From contig JBILVV010000001.1 of the NCBI GenBank assembly GCA_044370255.1, positions 1-46,092 on the forward strand: DNA of 46,092 nt, in the 5' to 3' direction. Below, one piece after another: positions 1 to 9,719 of the stretch. Source of the stretch: Pirellula sp. GTDB lineage: Bacteria; Planctomycetota; Planctomycetia; Pirellulales; Pirellulaceae. The notes beneath the pieces were generated by a model. That model was not told where the DNA came from. It searched no databases and saw nothing but the letters and a program-made list of their open reading frames with translations. Each line of letters begins with the position of its first letter. The first letter of the stretch is position 1. A program made the position numbers and the translations under genes.

Positions 1-12
1 TTCACCCCATCA

Positions 13-2190
13 ATGTCCGTTCAATCAATCATGATGTCCACTCGAATCTCGACCCGTGCGTTTCTTGCCTTTACCCTGTCAGGATTGCTCATGCCGCAGG
101 CCGAATCCGTCGCTCAATCCAATCTTGCCCAGCCATCGACGCCTCGAGCAATGCAGATCGGGGATTTGTTCCGTTACGACCGGCTTGCAGACCCGCGTCT
201 GAGCCCTGATGGTCGCTCGCTGGTCTATCAGGCAACTCGATTCAACGACCCAGCCAAAAACGCCAAGGCGACCCAACTGTGGCTTGCCCCGTCCGAGGGT
301 GGAGAAGCTCGGCAATTGACCTACTCCGGAAAGTCAGACACCCATCCTCGCTGGTCTCCCGATGGCTCCCAAATCCTTTTCGAGTCCAACCGAGATGGAA
401 CATCTCAGCTTTACATCCTGGATCTGGCCAAGGGGGGCGAACCACGTCGAGTGACCAGCATCGCGACCGGTGCCAATAACGGAACTTGGTCTCCCGACGG
501 AAAGAGAATTGCCTTTGTCTCCACCGTGAATCCAGCCTTCAGCGAACTCCCCTTCGAGGAATCGGACGCCAAGAATCGGGAACAAGCCGATGCGGCGGAA
601 TCCAATCCTGTGAAAGCCAAGACTTTTACCCGGCTGTTCTATCGACATTGGGATTCCTATGTGGAGGACAAGCGCCAACACATCTTCGTTATCGATGTAG
701 ACGGCAAGAACTGTCGTGATGTGACCCCCGGAGATCGCGATGCCTATCCAACCAGCACGACCTTCAGCGCGAACGAGGACTTTTGTTTCACCCCGGATGG
801 CAAAGCCTTGATCGTCACGGCTGTTCCTGAGAAGGGAGAAGCCTGGACCACCAATTACGATTTGTGCCGCATCGAGATCGACGAACCATCGACGCAATGG
901 AAGTCGCTCACCGCAGGGAACCTAGCGGCCGATGGTTCGCCAAAATTCAGTCCTTCGGGAAAACGCTTCGCGTATCGCGCCCAGGCTAAACCCGGCTACG
1001 AGGCAGATAAATGGAATCTTTTGGTGGTCGATTGCAACGCCGATGGCTCTTGGTCGGGCAAACCCGCAACACTCACCGAAGGGCTCGATCGATCGCTGGG
1101 CGATTTTGTTTGGATCGACGACAACCATCTCGCATTCACAACGGAAGAACAAGGAGCCAGCGCAGTCTATAAAGTCGCTATCGGTGGCAAGCCAACCAAG
1201 GCTCCGATCGACTTTGGCGATGGCCGATTCGGTCAATTGACTGCGATCCACAACCATAACAACACTCTTGCGGTGGCTCGAGCAACGATGAATCGGCCAG
1301 CGGAGATCTTCACCATCTCGATGACTTCGTCGCCGACGACCAAGCAAGTGACGCATCAGAACGATGCCTTGGCCAAAGAGATCTTCGAGGTTCGTCCCGA
1401 GAGCATCCAGGTTCCGGTGGAGGGATCGACGTCGATGCAGATGTGGATTCTGAAGCCGCCCGCTTTCGATCCCTCGAAGAAATGGCCCGTTGCATACTTG
1501 ATCCATGGTGGACCGCAGGGGGCATGGGAAGACGGCTGGAGCTTTCGATGGAACCCGCAACTGTGGGCCGCCCAGGGTTACGTCGTGGTGCTCCCCAACC
1601 CGCGTGGCTCGACCGGTTTCGGTCAGGCGTTTTGCGACGAAATCAGCGGCGACTGGGGGGGAAAATGTTACCGCGACCTGGTGGCCGGTCTCGCAGCGAT
1701 CAAGAAGCTACCCTACGTCGACTCGCAACGCATTGGATCTGCAGGTGCCAGCTTCGGCGGCTACATGCAGGATTGGTTCGCAGTCAACGACATCGCCAAG
1801 GATCTTCGCTGCCTAATTTCGCATTGCAGCGTCTACAACTTTGAAAGCATGTGGGGCACGACCGAAGAACTATGGTTCGATGAATACGAACATGGCGGAC
1901 TCCCGTGGGAAATCCCCGGCAAGTATCGAGAATTTAGCCCCCACACCCTGGCTGGCAATCTCGGCAAACACAAAACACCGATGCTCGTGATCCATAACGA
2001 CCTCGACTTCCGTTGTCCGATCGGCCAAGGGCATGAACTCTTTCAAGCTCTACAGCGACAAGGAGTCCCCAGCCGATTCGTCAATTTTCCCGACGAAGGA
2101 CACTGGGTTTCCAAATCCCACAACAGCATCCATTGGCATAGTGAAGTCTTCGCCTGGATGACCAAGTATTGCCCGCCGGGAGGTAAGTAA
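13..2190 (+). CDS. S9 family (prolyl oligopeptidase / dipeptidyl aminopeptidase-like) serine peptidase, probably secreted
   Basis: Signal-peptide-like N-terminus. PD40-type repeats (PRWSPDG, GTWSPDG, PKFSPSG), IHGGP, nucleophile elbow GASFGG, catalytic Asp (DLDFRCP) and His (FPDEGH). True start may be the ATG at 31 or 34. Confidence 0.93.
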   Translation: MSVQSIMMSTRISTRAFLAFTLSGLLMPQAESVAQSNLAQPSTPRAMQIGDLFRYDRLADPRLSPDGRSLVYQATRFNDPAKNAKATQLWLAPSEGGEARQLTYSGKSDTHPRWSPDGSQILFESNRDGTSQLYILDLAKGGEPRRVTSIATGANNGTWSPDGKRIAFVSTVNPAFSELPFEESDAKNREQADAAESNPVKAKTFTRLFYRHWDSYVEDKRQHIFVIDVDGKNCRDVTPGDRDAYPTSTTFSANEDFCFTPDGKALIVTAVPEKGEAWTTNYDLCRIEIDEPSTQWKSLTAGNLAADGSPKFSPSGKRFAYRAQAKPGYEADKWNLLVVDCNADGSWSGKPATLTEGLDRSLGDFVWIDDNHLAFTTEEQGASAVYKVAIGGKPTKAPIDFGDGRFGQLTAIHNHNNTLAVARATMNRPAEIFTISMTSSPTTKQVTHQNDALAKEIFEVRPESIQVPVEGSTSMQMWILKPPAFDPSKKWPVAYLIHGGPQGAWEDGWSFRWNPQLWAAQGYVVVLPNPRGSTGFGQAFCDEISGDWGGKCYRDLVAGLAAIKKLPYVDSQRIGSAGASFGGYMQDWFAVNDIAKDLRCLISHCSVYNFESMWGTTEELWFDEYEHGGLPWEIPGKYREFSPHTLAGNLGKHKTPMLVIHNDLDFRCPIGQGHELFQALQRQGVPSRFVNFPDEGHWVSKSHNSIHWHSEVFAWMTKYCPPGGK

Positions 2191-2217
2191 GCAGTGGCGG
2201 GCTCGCTGGCAGTTCCG

Positions 2218-3474
2218 ATGAAAAAGTCGAATCGACTTACCCTCTACATCATCATCGCCATGGTTGCCGGGGCTGTCCTGGGGTACGTCGTTCATGTTAG
2301 CGCTAGTCAGGACTTCATCGCGGAGTTCTCGAAGAATATCAAACTGCTTACCACGATTTTCATCCGCCTCGTCCAGATGATCATCTCGCCACTCGTTTTT
2401 TGTACCTTGGTGGTAGGCATAGCGAAGCTCGGAGATGTCGTGTCGGTTGGTAGGGTCGGTGGCAAAGCTATGTTGTGGTTTGTTGCAGCATCGCTCACCA
2501 GTTTGCTGCTTGGGATGGTCTTGGTGAACCTGTTTCAACCAGGTGTCGGGTTTGAAGCCATTCAAGGGGACGCTGCTGAGGCGGAGAAACTGGCCAGCAA
2601 TACGCAACAGTTCAATCTGCAAAAGTTTGTCGAGCATATCGTACCGCGCAGCGTCGTGGAAGCGATGGCCACCAATGAGATCTTGCAACTGGTCGTATTC
2701 AGCATCTTTTTTGGCGTAGCTACCGCGGCCATGGGAGAGAAAGCTAATTTGATCGTGGAGGGGCTGGACGCCTTGACCCACGTGATCTTAAAGATGGTTG
2801 GCTATGTGATGAACTTCGCGCCACTGGGGGTCTTCGGTGCCATCGCGGGCGTGATCGCCGCAAAAGGCTTAGGGGTCTTTCTCTTCTATGGCAAGTACCT
2901 GTTCTGCTTTCTTATCGGCATCTCATTGCTTTGGTTGATATTGCTCACTGTGGGCTACCTCATCCTAGGGAAAAGACTCTTCGAGCTTTTGAGGCACATT
3001 CTTTCTCCATTGATCATCGCCTTCAGCACGACCAGTAGCGAAGCCGTATTTCCGAAGCTGACCGAGGAATTAGAGCGATTCGGTTGCAAGGACAAAATCG
3101 TTTCTTTCATTCTGCCCCTAGGTTATTCGTTTAACCTCGATGGAAGCATGATGTACATGACCTTTGCCAGCATCGCTCTAGCGCAGGCCACTAACACCGA
3201 GCTGGATATGGGTACGCAATTGACGATGTTGCTGGTGTTGATGCTGACCAGCAAGGGGATCGCGGGCGTGCCACGCGCTTCTCTGGTAGTGGTGACAGCG
3301 ACATGCGCGATGTTCAAGATACCGCCCGAGGCCATCGCCTTGATCCTGCCCATCGATCATTTCTGCGATATGTTTCGCACGGCGACGAATGTGTTGGGAA
3401 ACACCTTAGCCACTGCTGTGGTGAGCAAGTGGGAAAATGAACTGGGCCCTGCTCAGACCTCTGCCGAATCCTAA
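2218..3474 (+). CDS. Dicarboxylate/amino acid:cation symporter (DAACS, GltP/DctA-like)
   Basis: Multi-TM protein with DAACS motifs AFSTTSSEA, PLGYSFNLDGS, SKGIAGVPRAS, DMFRTATNVLGN. ATG at 2218 preferred over the GTG at 2194. Confidence 0.93.
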   Translation: MKKSNRLTLYIIIAMVAGAVLGYVVHVSASQDFIAEFSKNIKLLTTIFIRLVQMIISPLVFCTLVVGIAKLGDVVSVGRVGGKAMLWFVAASLTSLLLGMVLVNLFQPGVGFEAIQGDAAEAEKLASNTQQFNLQKFVEHIVPRSVVEAMATNEILQLVVFSIFFGVATAAMGEKANLIVEGLDALTHVILKMVGYVMNFAPLGVFGAIAGVIAAKGLGVFLFYGKYLFCFLIGISLLWLILLTVGYLILGKRLFELLRHILSPLIIAFSTTSSEAVFPKLTEELERFGCKDKIVSFILPLGYSFNLDGSMMYMTFASIALAQATNTELDMGTQLTMLLVLMLTSKGIAGVPRASLVVVTATCAMFKIPPEAIALILPIDHFCDMFRTATNVLGNTLATAVVSKWENELGPAQTSAES

Positions 3475-3494
3475 TGGTAAGCCCTCCGATCGCA

Positions 3495-3522
3495 CGCCCA
3501 GAGGCTTTGCGATGGGCGTGGT
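3495..3522 (+). repeat. REP-like palindromic repeat, copy 1 (28 bp, identical to 42514-42541)
   Basis: CGCCCAGAGGCTTTGCGATGGGCGTGGT. Stem CACGCCCA/TGGGCGTG (3493-3520). Lies between two convergent stop codons. Confidence 0.85.
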
Positions 3523-3529
3523 TTTCCCG

Positions 3530-5083
3530 CTAATTCCCCGATGAGCCAACTCCATCGCGTATGGCACTCAGTCTCTCTCGCAGTTCCGACACCTTGGCTG
3601 GGTTTTCGCTGTATCGATTATGGTGTTGCCCGAGGTCGGATTCGAGATCGTACAACTCACCGGCTTGATCGTTCTTTGAGTACCCGTTCTCCGTATCGAA
3701 CCATTCGGGAACCTTGCTCACTCCACCGGTGCGAGCCTGAATCAGAACCCAATTCCCTGCGCGGATCGCGTACCCGTTGGGTTGGGTGTTGTGCACCAAT
3801 TCCTTCCTCGCACTTGGACCTGTGCCGAAGATCAGTGGCCGCTGGTCGAGACTGTCCTCAGCTTCTCCGATAGGAAGATCGGCACCGACGATCCCTGCTA
3901 ACGTCGCAAACAGATCGATCTGGCTGAGTAAGCCATCGTTGACTTTTCCAGCGGGTACTTTGCCAGGCCAACGGATGATCATCGGTATGCGATGCCCCCC
4001 CTCCCACAGGTCGCGCTTGAGTCCTCGGAGAGGCCCCATGCTGCGATGACCATACCGTCGAATCCTCTCGTAGGCATAGGTCTCCGGACCGTTGTCCGAA
4101 CTGAAGATGACCAGCGTTCGACGGCTATGTCCACCGGATTCCAAAGCTGCCAGGATTTCGCCCACGACTGCGTCGGTTTGAGCGACAAAATCTCCATAGC
4201 CTCCAGCTTGCGAAGCATTTCGAAACGAATCGGTTGGGACAATCGGTGCATGGGGCGACGTAAACGGAAAATACAAAAAGAACGGTTGGTCAGCGGTTTG
4301 TTTTCCAATCCAATCGACCGCCTTTTCAGTCAGACGAGGCGTCACCGCATAAAAATCCCATTCGGCAACGGCCGGTCCTGGCCGCGTTTCAAAGTTTCCC
4401 TCCGCTGTCTTGAGTTTGATTTGGAGCCTTTCCGTAGGAGGAGCAAGCAGTCGATCATTCTCGAACCATGTGTACGGCGGAAAGTTAGGGACATCATCGC
4501 CGAAATAATAATCGAAGCCGTGATCGAGCGGCCCGCCCGGCAGTGGTCGAGTCCAATCAAATGCATCAGGAGAATAACCCTCCTTCGGATCCGGTTTGGA
4601 ATTCGGATCGCGCTGAATCGATTTCCAGTCCCACCCCAAATGCCATTTGCCAATGCAAGCGGTGCGATAGCCTTGGGACCGGAGTAACTCTGCCAGAGTG
4701 GTTCTTTCCGCATCCAAGACAGGGGGATCAAACGAATTGACGATTCCATGAAACTTGCGCCAATGATAGCGGCCCATCAGCATCGCGTAGCGACTCGGGG
4801 TGCAGACTCCAGACGAACTGTGGGCATCGGTGAATCGGGTACCCTCGGCAGCTAGGCGATCGAGATTCGGTGTCGGTATCTTCGATTCCGGATTCTGACA
4901 AGCCAGATCGCCATACCCCAGATCGTCCGCATATAAAATGACGATATTCGGACGTTCAATTTCCGCTCCGCAGGCGTTGAGATTGACTGACGCAAATTGT
5001 TGTAGTGTCGCAAGTCCAAATGATGTTGCGATCCAGATCCAGAGCATCGTGAAACCCCTTAGTAAAATGGGACATCGAGGCAT
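3530..5083 (-). CDS. Arylsulfatase (formylglycine-dependent S1 sulfatase)
   Basis: RPNIVILYADDLGYGD, CTPSR formylglycine motif, GKWHLG, SDNG, WEGGHRIP. Start uncertain (5083 or 5047). The 5224 start would overlap the upstream gene. Confidence 0.93.
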   Translation of the reverse strand: MPRCPILLRGFTMLWIWIATSFGLATLQQFASVNLNACGAEIERPNIVILYADDLGYGDLACQNPESKIPTPNLDRLAAEGTRFTDAHSSSGVCTPSRYAMLMGRYHWRKFHGIVNSFDPPVLDAERTTLAELLRSQGYRTACIGKWHLGWDWKSIQRDPNSKPDPKEGYSPDAFDWTRPLPGGPLDHGFDYYFGDDVPNFPPYTWFENDRLLAPPTERLQIKLKTAEGNFETRPGPAVAEWDFYAVTPRLTEKAVDWIGKQTADQPFFLYFPFTSPHAPIVPTDSFRNASQAGGYGDFVAQTDAVVGEILAALESGGHSRRTLVIFSSDNGPETYAYERIRRYGHRSMGPLRGLKRDLWEGGHRIPMIIRWPGKVPAGKVNDGLLSQIDLFATLAGIVGADLPIGEAEDSLDQRPLIFGTGPSARKELVHNTQPNGYAIRAGNWVLIQARTGGVSKVPEWFDTENGYSKNDQAGELYDLESDLGQHHNRYSENPAKVSELRERLSAIRDGVGSSGN

Positions 5084-5099
5084 GGCTTGACAGCGGTGA

Positions 5100-6098
5100 C
5101 TAGGGGGAGAGCCATGCCCGCAAAGCATCGATGCGTTCATTGCGATCCCCTTGCGGCTGGTAGCCAAGATAATTTCGAGCTGCATCGATTCGAAAGTAAT
5201 GATCGACTCCGAGTTGCAAGGCAACGAATCGGGTCATCGGTGGCTCAGATCGTATACCCAGGGTGCGATAGGTCCCTTCTAATATTGCCCCGATACGATA
5301 CGCTCCCGCTAGCGAGATTGATTTCTTTGGCGGTCTCAGCCCTCCACAATCAAGAATCGTAGAGATCCAATCCCAACATTCCACAGGGTCACCATCGGTA
5401 ATGAAATAAGATCTCCCCGAAGCTTGCTGATCCCCTGCCAGTAATTTCTCCAGAGCCAAGACGTGCGCAAGGGCAGCGTTTTCTACATGCACCGTGTCGA
5501 TCAAATTCGTTCCGTCTCCGACTCTCCGGAGACGTCCAGCACGGCACCTGGCCAACACGCGAGGAACTAAATGCGGATCCCCGACTCCCCAAATCAAATG
5601 AGGTCGCAGCGCGCAGGTGAGTAGCGCTTTTGAACGATTCGCGGATAGTACCGATTGCTCCGAAATCGCTTTGGTGCGCGGGTAATCGCATAACCATCGC
5701 GTCGGATAAGGGGCCGACTCATCGATACCGCATTGTGGACTACCGTCGAACGTGACCGAAGGGGAACTGGTCAACACGAAAGCTCGAGCGTTCGTCCGGC
5801 GAGCCGCATCAAGAAGAAACTCGGTAGCCGAAATATTCGTGGCTTCATAGTCCCGACGGGGCCCCCAAACGCCTGCAAGTGCCGCTGTGTGAATGACCGC
5901 ATCCACTCCTTGGGACACTTCGGAACAGTGATCTGGATCGGTGATCGAACCGCGCACGCAATCAACGCCGAGGTCATGCAGTGCAGGATAGTTTTGCCTC
6001 GCGACACCGCGGACGCGGAATCCACGGGCGAGAAGTTGACGACAGATCTCAGAACCTAGAAAACCACCATAACCGGTGACTAGAACAGTCGCACTCAA
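5100..6098 (-). CDS. NAD-dependent epimerase/dehydratase, 3beta-HSD-like extended SDR (OleD-like reductase)
   Basis: TGYGGFLG Rossmann motif, HTAALAGVWG, TSSPSV, YPRTK (YxxxK), LRPHLIWG. Confidence 0.85.
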   Translation of the reverse strand: MSATVLVTGYGGFLGSEICRQLLARGFRVRGVARQNYPALHDLGVDCVRGSITDPDHCSEVSQGVDAVIHTAALAGVWGPRRDYEATNISATEFLLDAARRTNARAFVLTSSPSVTFDGSPQCGIDESAPYPTRWLCDYPRTKAISEQSVLSANRSKALLTCALRPHLIWGVGDPHLVPRVLARCRAGRLRRVGDGTNLIDTVHVENAALAHVLALEKLLAGDQQASGRSYFITDGDPVECWDWISTILDCGGLRPPKKSISLAGAYRIGAILEGTYRTLGIRSEPPMTRFVALQLGVDHYFRIDAARNYLGYQPQGDRNERIDALRAWLSP

Positions 6099-6671
6099 TT
6101 ACCAACCCAACACGGACCGAATCCAAGAAAATGGGGACGATGAACTCGTTGGTGACTCCGAATCTCGCAAAGAACGGATCACTTCACGGCGTTCATCCAT
6201 CCACGACATAGTATCCGATTGGGCCTGGGATGCTACTGGATTCGCAGCTTTCTCTCGAATCGCTCGCTCGATCACGGGTCGATTCATCAGTTCTGGACCA
6301 GTGGACCATGGTCCCTCGTCGGACCGCGGTTCCAACCAAGGGTTGGGCAGAGCAGATTGCTTGAGGTCCAAGTCCTGGATTTCAGTCTTCCGCTCTTCAT
6401 GGTTGACCGGATAACACAACTGCACCCGCTCCAAAAATGACTCTCGGCGACGCGGATCGAGCAAACGATAGGTCGCCACGGCGATCTCCGAGCGACGATG
6501 AATCAGCCCCTCGATCCCATGCTGCCCTTCGCAGTCCCCAATCGATCCCGACATAGTGCTCGCAGCAGAACGAATCGCCGATGGATCGCTCTCTCCCGGC
6601 CGTAGCCCCAAAAAATGGAAATGGGCCCCGTCCATTGGGTCTCGTTTTCCGACTGTTTTTCTCTTGCGCAT
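6099..6671 (-). CDS. Hypothetical protein with degenerate J-domain-like N-terminus
   Basis: HFLGLRPGESDPSAIRSAA...EIAVATYRLLDPRRR resembles J-domain helices I and III/IV, with no HPD. Abuts the downstream SDR start. Start uncertain (6689, 6671 or 6635). Confidence 0.6.
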   Translation of the reverse strand: MRKRKTVGKRDPMDGAHFHFLGLRPGESDPSAIRSAASTMSGSIGDCEGQHGIEGLIHRRSEIAVATYRLLDPRRRESFLERVQLCYPVNHEERKTEIQDLDLKQSALPNPWLEPRSDEGPWSTGPELMNRPVIERAIREKAANPVASQAQSDTMSWMDERREVIRSLRDSESPTSSSSPFSWIRSVLGW

Positions 6672-6716
6672 GATTCCAAACCGATCCAACGGTGAACAAA
6701 AAACTGGCGAAGGATT

Positions 6717-6724
6717 CTATCGGC
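6717..6724 (-). promoter_or_regulatory. Possible sigma-28 (FliA/WhiG) -10 element
   Basis: GCCGATAG on the - strand about 45 nt upstream of the 6671 ATG. The -35 match is poor. Confidence 0.35.
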
Positions 6725-6937
6725 AGGTGAAGTCCCTGAGCCGTAGCTTCACCCGATTTTCAACCGAGTCCTACTAAGATGCTTAACACCCCAAAAAAGT
6801 TCACACACTCTCTCTTGGCAGAGATGAACGCCCTGAGTCGATCGCACGGCAAACACAGACGCCGTAGACCATTTCGCTCGAAACCGATAAACCTGGGGAA
6901 TTTTTCGCTCGAACTCCCGCAAAGTCTAGGGATATCG

Positions 6938-7822
6938 TCAATTCCAGCCAAAGGATGCAGGGAGAGAATCCTCGACCGAGCCTGGACCGTTAGATATTTC
7001 CGGATCCAGTGAGATTTCCGTCTGCGTAACAATTCCCATCAAAAATCGATTGGCGGAGGCAAACATCTCGGCATCCAACGATTCGGACTTATCGGCCAGG
7101 CGATCCTGACTTGAGCCCATGGCTGTGTCCCGAAAACGAACAAAGCGATACGCCAAACCAGCCGCGTGAGCTAACTGCATCGCCTCCGCCACATCGTCAT
7201 CGTTGCACCCGCTGGTTGGCTCCCCCTGCATATAGAGAACCGGCAACTGGCGAGCAGCCTTCCACCCCGACAGGGCACATCGGTGCTTGGGAAACACTCC
7301 CTGCATCGAAACCACCCCCGCAAAACGACCCGGATGCTTGAGCCCGATCCATTGCGCAACCGTCCCCGCGGATCCGATCCCCCCCAAAAAGATGCGATCG
7401 GTGTGTACCGGCAATCCCTCGAGTAAAGCGTCGACACATTCAAACACTAAGTTTTCGGCAAAGGCCAAATCAGTAAGGTGCGTGCCCCATCGAAACAATC
7501 GATTCGACTTCGGAGACGTGCGATGACCGCGAGGAGCGATCGCTAGATAGTTGCGAAGACTGATCGCCTCCATCACGACATCCAGCTCCCACTCGCTACT
7601 GTCATCGCTGTGCAACCATACGATCAACGGGTAGTCGTAACGCGGCTCAAAGTGCTCAGGCACGAATAGACGATGGGGTATCTCGAGCTGAGTGGAATCC
7701 ATCGCGCCCAAGGCAACTGAGCCTTCGCCACTCAAACCCTTGTCGCTTGTCAAAACATCGCTCGCATCGAACCATGACTCATGACCCAAGCGACCTTCAA
7801 GCAACTGTTGCAATCGATTCAT
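6938..7822 (-). CDS. Alpha/beta-hydrolase fold (phospholipase/carboxylesterase-like) protein, possibly inactive
   Basis: LFVPEHFEPRYDYPLIVWLH, RIFLGG, HPGRFAGVVSMQG, LPVLYMQG match the LpqC/esterase layout. No GxSxG. Start taken at ATG 7822 (MNRLQ). Confidence 0.7.
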   Translation of the reverse strand: MNRLQQLLEGRLGHESWFDASDVLTSDKGLSGEGSVALGAMDSTQLEIPHRLFVPEHFEPRYDYPLIVWLHSDDSSEWELDVVMEAISLRNYLAIAPRGHRTSPKSNRLFRWGTHLTDLAFAENLVFECVDALLEGLPVHTDRIFLGGIGSAGTVAQWIGLKHPGRFAGVVSMQGVFPKHRCALSGWKAARQLPVLYMQGEPTSGCNDDDVAEAMQLAHAAGLAYRFVRFRDTAMGSSQDRLADKSESLDAEMFASANRFLMGIVTQTEISLDPEISNGPGSVEDSLPASFGWN

Positions 7823-8044
7823 TCCATCCAGTCCTTTACGACGAGTGATATCGCGAGCGGGGCTTGCGAGTGTAACTGCGATGAGCAAACGCTCGACGGG
7901 TACCGTGAACGAGAGATGAATACCGGGGTGCGGTTTTAAGGGTACAGACGAGGTTGAGTCAATCCCGCCAAGATAAGAATCATCCAAGTTGAAATGCTAG
8001 CAACTGCGAAGTCATCGCTAGCATTTCTTGATGATCAACAACCG

Positions 8045-8998
<954 letters not shown>

Positions 8999-9173
8999 TC
9001 AGATCTCCCGATGAAAAAATGATGGTTACATGACGGAAATCGGACTGGAAGTATCCAAAGGAATCCTCGATCGTCAATAACCAAGAGAGGTTCAGCGTCG
9101 GAATCCTTGGTTTCTTCAGGAAACTGCTGCTGAAAAACCGGCATCCTCGACCCTGGGTACGCGGCAAGCCCGC

Positions 9174-9179
9174 TATGAT
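9174..9179 (+). promoter_or_regulatory. Sigma-70 -10 box positioned for a leaderless yjbQ mRNA
   Basis: TATGAT followed by 6 nt and then the ATG at 9186. No Shine-Dalgarno between them. Confidence 0.5.
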
Positions 9180-9185
9180 AGTAGC

Positions 9186-9608
9186 ATGGTTTGGCATCAT
9201 CGCACGTTGACCCTTCGCCCCTATCCTCGGGGATGTCATTTGATCACCCGATGGGTAGTGGATGCGATTCCTGAGCTTGCATCGGTCCGTGTCGGGTTGT
9301 TGCATGTTTTTATTCAACACACATCGGCCAGTCTGACCATCAACGAAAATGCAGATCCGGATGTGCGGGTCGATTTCGAAACCGCCCTGAACCATATCGT
9401 GCCGGAAGATCTCCCTTATGTTCACACGATCGAGGGACCGGACGACATGCCTGCCCATGTCAAGTCGTCGTTGATGGGAGCCGGCCTGACGATTCCGATC
9501 AAGGATGGGGAGTTGTGTATGGGAACTTGGCAGGGAATTTACCTTTGCGAGCATCGCGACCGAGCTTCATCGAGACACATCGTATTGACCTTGATGGGGG
9601 ATTCCTAA
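9186..9608 (+). CDS. yjbQ: YjbQ / UPF0047 family protein
   Basis: HTSASLTINENADPDVR, EGPDDMPAHVKSSL, GTWQGIYLCEHR. Confidence 0.93.
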   Translation: MVWHHRTLTLRPYPRGCHLITRWVVDAIPELASVRVGLLHVFIQHTSASLTINENADPDVRVDFETALNHIVPEDLPYVHTIEGPDDMPAHVKSSLMGAGLTIPIKDGELCMGTWQGIYLCEHRDRASSRHIVLTLMGDS

Positions 9609-9719
9609 CGCTGGCTCCGCGCCTTGCATCGCACGGCTATTGATTCCACAATACCTCGAAACCGCAACGCATTCGTTTCCCCCAATCCGACCTAGTACGC
9701 CCACGGCGCCAGCTATTTC

